Shown here piece after piece: positions 58,030 through 64,000 of a DNA stretch of 64,000 nucleotides. The notes beneath the pieces were generated by a model. That model was not told the DNA's origin. It searched no databases and was given only the letters and a program-made list of their open reading frames with translations. The DNA comes from Chitinophaga pinensis. Lineage in GTDB: Bacteria; Bacteroidota; Bacteroidia; NS11-12g; UBA9320. Where the stretch lies: the NCBI GenBank assembly GCA_945889315.1, contig CAMDBP010000006.1:246-64245 (forward strand), read 5' to 3'. Each line of letters starts with the position of its first letter. Position 1 is the first letter of the stretch. The position numbers and the translations under genes are program-made.

Positions 58030-60888
58030 ATGCCAAGAATAAACCCGCAATATATAACGAGCCGCAAAAGCGTTTGGCTTTTCATCCTAGCCTTTTTTTG
58101 CACCTTATTTGTAAATGCTCAAACCATATCCGGGAAAGTAATAAATACGAATAACGAACCATTAGCTGGCGCTTATGTTACCGTTCCAACAGTGAAAGGT
58201 GCAGGTGCTATCACAGATGAGAGTGGTGAGTTTAAACTTAAAGCACCGACATTACCTGTTGCTATCAAAATTTCATACTTGGGATATGCTGACCTTGAAC
58301 TCACCGTAACAACAGGCGATAAAACGATAAAAGCCATCATGTTAGAAGCCAATGAAAATGTGCTAACCGGTGCAACAGTTAGAGCGAGTAGAGTTTCCGA
58401 AAAGCAAAAAGAGCAACCACTTACCGTAGAATCGATGGGACTAAAGGCCATTCAAGATGCGCCTGCAGCGTCGTTTTATGAAAGTTTAGGCAACATGAAA
58501 GGAGTGGATGTAACGGCAGCAAGTCTTGGGTTTAGAGTAGTAAACACCCGTGGTTTTAATAGTACTAGCCCTGTACGTTCCTTGCAATTGATAGATGGAG
58601 TAGACAACCAATCACCAGGATTAAATTTTAGTCTAGGTAATTTCTTAGGAGCGAGTGATTTAGACTTAAAAAGAGTAAATGTGATAGCAGGAGCCAGTAG
58701 CGCATTTTACGGCCCCAATGCATTTAACGGAGTAATAGCTATGGAGACCAAAGATGCTTATGATTTCCCGGGGCTTAGCACGGAACTTAAAATAGGTGAG
58801 CGTAATTTAATGCAATTTGCTGCAAGGTATGCTGGCTTTACCACAAATGAAAAAGGCCAAAAGAAGTTCGGGTATAAAGTTAATGCGTTTTATATGCAAG
58901 CAAATGACTGGAAAGCAGAAAACTATAATTCAACACAAAACAGTGAACATGGCCCAAATAACCCAGGTGGTTATGACGCTGTAAATAGATATGGAGATGA
59001 AGTACTCGCCAATGGTAATGACGACTTTGATGAAGCAGCACGGATTTATGACAAAGGAGCAGGCTTAGGAACCTTTTATAGAACGGGGTATAATGAGAAA
59101 GATTTGGTAGATTACGGCACAGACAACCTTAAGCTAAATAGCACACTGAGCTATATGCTAAATGATAGTTTACAGCTGGACTATGCTTTTAATTTTAGCA
59201 CCGGGAGTACTGTTTATCAAGGAGATAACAGGTACAAACTAGAGAATATTCGTTTTTGGCAGAACAAAATAGAGCTGAAACAAAAGGATAAATTTTTCTT
59301 TCGGGTGTACAGCACAAACGAAAATGCAGGCAACACTTATGATATCGTAACTACCGCATTTAGATTGAACGAAGCCGATAAGGAAGAAGGCGATTGGTAT
59401 AATGACTATGAGCGATACTGGCGTAGAACGGGCTATAAGCAAGTAGAAGCATTACCCGGTTATATTCCTTACGATCAGACTATACACGCGTCGCAAGACG
59501 AGTGGTACAAGACCATCTATTTACCTTTTATTGATGCCAACAGAGATGCAATCAATACATTCCATACAAACAATAGAAAAACGACAGATGTTGGAAGAAT
59601 CGCGCCGGGAACTAGTGATTTTGACAGCACCTTTAGGGATATTACCAGCAGACTATTTACCGAAGGTGGCACCCGATTTTATGACCAATCCGCTTTGTAT
59701 CATTATCAAGGCGAGTATAAATTCAAACCTTCATTTGGCGCTGTTACCGTTGGAACTAGCGGAAGACTTTACGCGCCAGAGTCAAAAGGCACTATCTTAA
59801 ATGATACAGGGAATGTTGTCATACGAAATTTTGAAGCAGGCATTTATGCGGGAATTGACAAACGTTGGCAATCAGATCGGATGATTTTAAATATCACCAC
59901 CCGACTAGATAAAAATCAAAATTTCAACTTTTTGGCTTCTCCTGCAACATCATTCATCTACAAAGTACGTAAGAATCATGTGATTCGCAGTTCTTTTTCT
60001 GCGGCTATTCGTAATCCAACCTTGGCAGATCAGTATTTACTGTACGACGTGGGTAGAGCCACCTTACTAGGAAATTTAAATGGGTTTGATTCTCTGATCG
60101 ATATTCAATCATTTAGAGATGCATTTGCTACCAATATTGATATTTCAAAAATTAAATATTACAACGTAGACCCGATACGACCTGAGCAGGCTCGAACATT
60201 TGAAATAGGGTATAAAGGAAACGTTGCAGACCAATCTGTTTTTATAGACGCAGGATACTACTACACGTTTTACAAAGATTTTATTGGATACAATATTGGG
60301 CTAGATGCCGATTTTGATGCCCAAAGCGGATTGCCGAATGGTGTTGCCGTATACCGAGTTGCGGCGAATGCAACCTCGGGAGTGACAACTCAAGGCACCA
60401 GTATTGGCATTAATTACTTCTTCAAAAAATATGATTTTGGGGTAAATCATTCTTGGAATGTATTGAACAAAAAAGGTGCAGACGACCCTATTGTTCCTGC
60501 TTTTAACACTCCAGAACATAAATTCAACATTAGTTTCACGGGGACCAAGTTAAAGCTTCCTGGAAGTAAAGCGGAGAACTTTGGTTTTGGTGTTAATTAT
60601 AAATGGATACAGGGTTTTGTGTTTGAGGGATCTCCTCAATTTACTGGAACGGTACCTACGTATGACATGGTCGATTTTCAAATCAACTATGAGATAAAAA
60701 AGCATCATACCACCTTGAAGCTTGGTGGATCAAACCTATTTGGCATCATGCCGTTGTTTGACAAAAATGGAGAAAATGCACAACGAAGCGTTTTCAATAA
60801 CCTTAATTATCAGGTATATGGAGGTCCATTTGTGGGTAGAATGCTCTACTTCTCAGTGCTAACAAACCTGGATATGAAGAAAAAATAA
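58030..60888 (+). CDS. TonB-dependent receptor with CarboxypepD_reg-like N-terminal domain
   Basis: The 952-aa ORF has a signal peptide, then ISGKVINTNNEPLAGAYVTV (carboxypeptidase-regulatory-like). A plug domain (GVDVTAASLGFRVVNTRGF...LQLIDGVDN) and a long beta-barrel follow. Confidence 0.85.
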   Translation: MPRINPQYITSRKSVWLFILAFFCTLFVNAQTISGKVINTNNEPLAGAYVTVPTVKGAGAITDESGEFKLKAPTLPVAIKISYLGYADLELTVTTGDKTIKAIMLEANENVLTGATVRASRVSEKQKEQPLTVESMGLKAIQDAPAASFYESLGNMKGVDVTAASLGFRVVNTRGFNSTSPVRSLQLIDGVDNQSPGLNFSLGNFLGASDLDLKRVNVIAGASSAFYGPNAFNGVIAMETKDAYDFPGLSTELKIGERNLMQFAARYAGFTTNEKGQKKFGYKVNAFYMQANDWKAENYNSTQNSEHGPNNPGGYDAVNRYGDEVLANGNDDFDEAARIYDKGAGLGTFYRTGYNEKDLVDYGTDNLKLNSTLSYMLNDSLQLDYAFNFSTGSTVYQGDNRYKLENIRFWQNKIELKQKDKFFFRVYSTNENAGNTYDIVTTAFRLNEADKEEGDWYNDYERYWRRTGYKQVEALPGYIPYDQTIHASQDEWYKTIYLPFIDANRDAINTFHTNNRKTTDVGRIAPGTSDFDSTFRDITSRLFTEGGTRFYDQSALYHYQGEYKFKPSFGAVTVGTSGRLYAPESKGTILNDTGNVVIRNFEAGIYAGIDKRWQSDRMILNITTRLDKNQNFNFLASPATSFIYKVRKNHVIRSSFSAAIRNPTLADQYLLYDVGRATLLGNLNGFDSLIDIQSFRDAFATNIDISKIKYYNVDPIRPEQARTFEIGYKGNVADQSVFIDAGYYYTFYKDFIGYNIGLDADFDAQSGLPNGVAVYRVAANATSGVTTQGTSIGINYFFKKYDFGVNHSWNVLNKKGADDPIVPAFNTPEHKFNISFTGTKLKLPGSKAENFGFGVNYKWIQGFVFEGSPQFTGTVPTYDMVDFQINYEIKKHHTTLKLGGSNLFGIMPLFDKNGENAQRSVFNNLNYQVYGGPFVGRMLYFSVLTNLDMKKK

Positions 60889-60933
60889 TCATATTAATTA
60901 ATTATTTATATTGCACCTCTTAAATTTAACAAA

Positions 60934-62607
60934 ATGAAAAAACAGTACTTATTATCATTAATTATTGGCTTTTGCGCAATTACGGCATCAGCACAGCTTA
61001 GATATGTCGATCCGATATATTCAAAGGCAGACATTGAAGTAGTGAGCAACGTGAAATTTGCAACTAACATTGACTTCTTAACTTCAAAGTTGACTAATCC
61101 AGCAAAAATTGGTGCAGACATAGTTGCACTTAAAACTGCTGTGGCGATGAGCCAACAAATCCCAGCGACGTATTACAATCCTGCAGATACCAATTCTGTT
61201 GTAAAAGTAACTGACCTTAAAATGGATATCTACAAGCCAAAAGCTTCTGTAGATACAAAAACTGATAGACCTGTGATTATCTTTATTCACACAGGAAACT
61301 TCTTACCACCACCACTCAATGGATCTCCTAACGGAATTAAAACCGATAGTTCTGGTATTGTGCTTTGTACAGAATGGGCTAAAAGAGGTTACGTGGCTGT
61401 ATCGGTAGATTACCGATTAGGCTGGAATCCATTTGCTGAAGATATGGAGCAAAGAAGAGGACAATTACTTAATGCGGTATACAGAGCTATACACGACGTT
61501 AAAGTAGCTGTAAGAACATTAAAGACTAATTCTGAAGTATATGGTATAGATACAGGAAAGGTTGTACTTTACGGTGAAGGTACTGGTGCGTATATCGCAT
61601 TAGCATACGAGACTCTAGATAAAAATTCAGAAATGGAATTAACCAAATTTAGAGCAGGCGGCGTAGGACCATCATACATCAATAGAGCTAACGTAGGTGA
61701 AATAGACGGTAGCGGTGGAACTTTCAATCTTTATGGTAAATCTACTGTAAGTGATAAAATAGCTGCTGTAGTTACTGCAGGTGGCGCATTAGCAGACACT
61801 TCTTGGTTAGAAGCTGGAGATGCTCCTATGATTGCTTTTCATTGCGTAAGAGACCCATTTGCACCATTTAACGAAGGAACTGTAATTGTACCTACTACCA
61901 ATGAAGACGTGGTAGACGTACAAGGCGCTAACCTTTACATTCAAAAAGCAAACGCGGTAGGAAACAACAATATTATCAAAGACATCAAAGCAAATGACCC
62001 TTATACTGCAGCAGCTGAAGCTAACTACGGTAAAACTGTTGGTTATATTTATAAGGCTCCAGACGATAAAGTAACTATTAATACTAGCGTAAAAGGATTG
62101 TTCCCTGTTTTACTTCCAATTGCTTCTACACTATTAAACAACCAATCAAGCCCTTGGCAATGGTGGGATCCAGCATCTCCTCTTGCAATGGCTGACGTTT
62201 CTGGTGGAGCAGGATTTACTGCACACATGAATAGCTTACAGTCTAACCCAGACATGTCTCCAACTAAAGGTAGAACTTATGTAGATACTATCATGGGCTA
62301 TGCTTGTCCTAGAATAGCGCTTATCACTGGTGATATTGCACTTAGCCAATTATCTGTAAATGAAGTACTTTCTGCAAGCATTGCTAACGTTTATCCTAAC
62401 CCAGCATCTAATAATGTAACTATATCTGTTGACGCTAAATACAGCGTAAAAAGCATTAAATTATTTGATGTTACAGGTAGAGAAGTTTTATCTACTGAAG
62501 CAGGAAACAACGTAACATTAAGCCTTGAAACTCTTCAAGCAGGATACTACTTTGTAAATGTATATACTACAGAAGGTGTAGCATCTTCTAAACTTATCAA
62601 AGAGTAA
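60934..62607 (+). CDS. T9SS-sorted alpha/beta-hydrolase-fold (esterase/lipase-like) protein, possibly non-catalytic
   Basis: The ORF has a signal peptide and RPVIIFIHTGNF (HGGG-like position). VVLYGEGTGAYIALA occupies the elbow position but has Gly where Ser is expected. The C-terminal sorting domain is VYPNPASNNVTISV...AGYYFVNVYTTEGVASSKLIKE. Confidence 0.65.
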   Translation: MKKQYLLSLIIGFCAITASAQLRYVDPIYSKADIEVVSNVKFATNIDFLTSKLTNPAKIGADIVALKTAVAMSQQIPATYYNPADTNSVVKVTDLKMDIYKPKASVDTKTDRPVIIFIHTGNFLPPPLNGSPNGIKTDSSGIVLCTEWAKRGYVAVSVDYRLGWNPFAEDMEQRRGQLLNAVYRAIHDVKVAVRTLKTNSEVYGIDTGKVVLYGEGTGAYIALAYETLDKNSEMELTKFRAGGVGPSYINRANVGEIDGSGGTFNLYGKSTVSDKIAAVVTAGGALADTSWLEAGDAPMIAFHCVRDPFAPFNEGTVIVPTTNEDVVDVQGANLYIQKANAVGNNNIIKDIKANDPYTAAAEANYGKTVGYIYKAPDDKVTINTSVKGLFPVLLPIASTLLNNQSSPWQWWDPASPLAMADVSGGAGFTAHMNSLQSNPDMSPTKGRTYVDTIMGYACPRIALITGDIALSQLSVNEVLSASIANVYPNPASNNVTISVDAKYSVKSIKLFDVTGREVLSTEAGNNVTLSLETLQAGYYFVNVYTTEGVASSKLIKE

Positions 62608-62622
62608 TCTTCCATAAAATTT

Positions 62623-62660
62623 AAAAAAGCCCGTCTTCTTATTGAAGACGGGCTTTTTTT
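62623..62660 (+). terminator. intrinsic terminator after the esterase-fold gene
   Basis: In AAAAAAGCCCGTCTTC-ttatt-GAAGACGGGCTTTTTTT, a 10-bp GC-rich stem is followed by 7 T. Confidence 0.9.
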
Positions 62661-62713
62661 ATGTACTTTTTTAAACCCATCATTAACCTATAGATCAACA
62701 GGCACCTAATACT

Positions 62714-62742
62714 AAAAAGGCCAATCTAAAATCGGATTGGCC
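62714..62742 (-). terminator. intrinsic terminator after the minus-strand TonB-dependent receptor
   Basis: On the minus strand GGCCAATC pairs with GATTGGCC (8 bp, 8-nt loop), followed by TTTTT. Confidence 0.75.
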
Positions 62743-62768
62743 TTGTATATTGCATTTTACGTTTCGCT

Positions 62769-64000
62769 TTAAAACGAACCTCTTATGGTCAGACTCAAGC
62801 TACGTCCAGAAGCGCTGATGTTGGATGCAAACACACGGTAATTTAAATCGGTAATGTTTTCAACCGCCCCCATGAGTTGTACGTTCTTTCCCACTTGATA
62901 ACCAAACCTTGCGTTAAGCGTGAGCCAAGCCGGCATGTAACCCTTAACTGGGTCGGCACTGAATGCCTGATTATCTTCACCATACGGGTTGTAATCCTTG
63001 GTTTTCTTTGCACCGTTATACAGTACAAAAAATTCTGTTTTTAGCTTCTCTTTTTGATACATCACACTCGTCTTTCCAAACGTTGGCGCTATATGATCCA
63101 AAGGAATTTCCTCTGTACCGCTTGTAATGCGTCCGAAGGTATAATTCGTAGTATGCGTAAAACTAAGTGTGCTGGTAAGTTGCGCAGAGATCGAAAAATT
63201 AGCTCCGTAAAGATAGGCTTCAGAGGCATTTACGCTACTTATTACCTGGCTCAATTGACCACTGTAAATAATACTATCTTGCCCATTAAACGTAGACGTT
63301 TTAGTAGTAATAGCATTGCGATACCATGTATAAAATCCAGTAGCACTTACGGTTAACTTATCGTTCCACATTCTACTTGCGTTTAGATCTAAGTTATAGG
63401 TGTATTCTGGCTTCAAGTTGGGATTAGGTATTATAACAGAACCGGGAACACTCTCAAAAACTTTACTTAAATCGTCTACATTGGGAGCTCTAAATCCGCT
63501 TGAGGCAAGCACACTCAACTTCCACTCCTTTGTAGGTCTGAAGATTAAGCCAAGATTTCCGTTAAGGGCTAAATTCTTTTGCTCAATACTATTTACGGGG
63601 AAGGGGAAAAATGTAGTATCGTTAAACTTAGCGTTAAGACTCACAGAACTCAATCTTAAGCCATCATTCAACACCCATTTATCGTTTATTTTATAGGTAT
63701 GCCCCAGGTATATAGCAGCACTACTCATTGTTGATCCACCGTCGGGGTAACGCGTGTCCAATGGTTGCACATTACCCGTTATGATATTCTCTTTACGCGC
63801 CGTAGAATTTACACTATTGGTCCACGCATCAACGCCATAATGAAATTCATGTTGAAGTAACTTTTTAGAGAAATCTGCATTTGCTGTTACAATATCCAGT
63901 TTTTCAATCCTGTGATTTAACGTATTACTTCTAAACTCTCTGTCGTTTCTGCTTTCTTCTGTATTCTGATAAGCCACTGTAATTCTGCCGTTGGAATACC
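62769..64000 (-). CDS. TonB-dependent receptor, C-terminal beta-barrel part; N-terminus lies beyond the window
   Basis: The frame stays open upstream of the GTG at 63977, right to the window edge (..YSNGRITVAYQNTEES..). Beta-barrel-type repeats are present, and the C-terminus is LSLTIRGSF with a terminal Phe. Confidence 0.8.
   Translation of the reverse strand, partial: YSNGRITVAYQNTEESRNDREFRSNTLNHRIEKLDIVTANADFSKKLLQHEFHYGVDAWTNSVNSTARKENIITGNVQPLDTRYPDGGSTMSSAAIYLGHTYKINDKWVLNDGLRLSSVSLNAKFNDTTFFPFPVNSIEQKNLALNGNLGLIFRPTKEWKLSVLASSGFRAPNVDDLSKVFESVPGSVIIPNPNLKPEYTYNLDLNASRMWNDKLTVSATGFYTWYRNAITTKTSTFNGQDSIIYSGQLSQVISSVNASEAYLYGANFSISAQLTSTLSFTHTTNYTFGRITSGTEEIPLDHIAPTFGKTSVMYQKEKLKTEFFVLYNGAKKTKDYNPYGEDNQAFSADPVKGYMPAWLTLNARFGYQVGKNVQLMGAVENITDLNYRVFASNISASGRSLSLTIRGSF

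Noticed and set aside
1-64000. A search by eye for CRISPR arrays, tRNA/rRNA/tmRNA genes, transposases, integrases, phage genes, toxin-antitoxin pairs and known defence-system proteins.
   Set aside because: I found no regularly spaced direct repeats and no tRNA-like T-arm/acceptor patterns in the intergenic regions. No ORF had recombinase, reverse-transcriptase, nuclease-helicase or other defence hallmarks. A by-eye scan cannot exclude short or degenerate elements.

Overview
This is a dense, mostly housekeeping chromosomal segment from an AT-rich member of the Bacteroidota, probably Flavobacteriia-like. The taxonomic clues are three proteins with type-A T9SS C-terminal sorting domains, TonB-dependent receptors with a CarboxypepD_reg-type N-terminus, TAnnTTTG-type -7 boxes, and gene families typical of the phylum. 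I support about 57 protein-coding genes on both strands. Many pairs have 1-4 nt overlaps, and several highly conserved genes start with GTG or TTG.

Recognisable core genes are:
- rpsO-pnp
- pheT, a coiled-coil gene, zapA and rny
- hutI, purF, aroQ, rlmD, kmo, lgt, pyrE
- coaD-rsmD, accC, tex, a DEAD-box helicase and csp

The envelope and transport genes are MscS, TolC plus a periplasmic adaptor, NhaC, two TonB-dependent receptors, PAP2 and a CcmB-like permease. The secreted T9SS cargo proteins are a GH16 glucanase, a BNR/GEVED protein and an esterase-fold protein.

I saw no rRNA, tRNA, CRISPR array, transposase, integrase, phage module or recognisable defence system. I therefore do not claim a clear-cut novel system.

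The most interesting candidates are:
1. An LVIVD-like surface lipoprotein present both as a split two-gene pair (16938-18270) and as a fused paralogue (55662-56906). Each copy lies next to a small predicted outer-membrane beta-barrel gene.
2. A cytoplasmic NodB-like deacetylase plus a processive GT2 (D,D,D,QxxRW), apparently co-transcribed with lgt (32409-35006).
3. A T9SS-sorted alpha/beta-hydrolase-fold protein in the position normally held by SusD, after a TonB receptor. It has an apparently degenerate nucleophile elbow and codon usage typical of highly expressed genes (60934-62607).
4. A cation/proton antiporter remnant beside an orphan TolC-adaptor pair (35120-38456).
5. An orphan intrinsic terminator in a 357-bp gene-free gap (54438-54794).

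All coordinates of hairpins and motifs were derived by eye. No alignments, folding or database searches were run.
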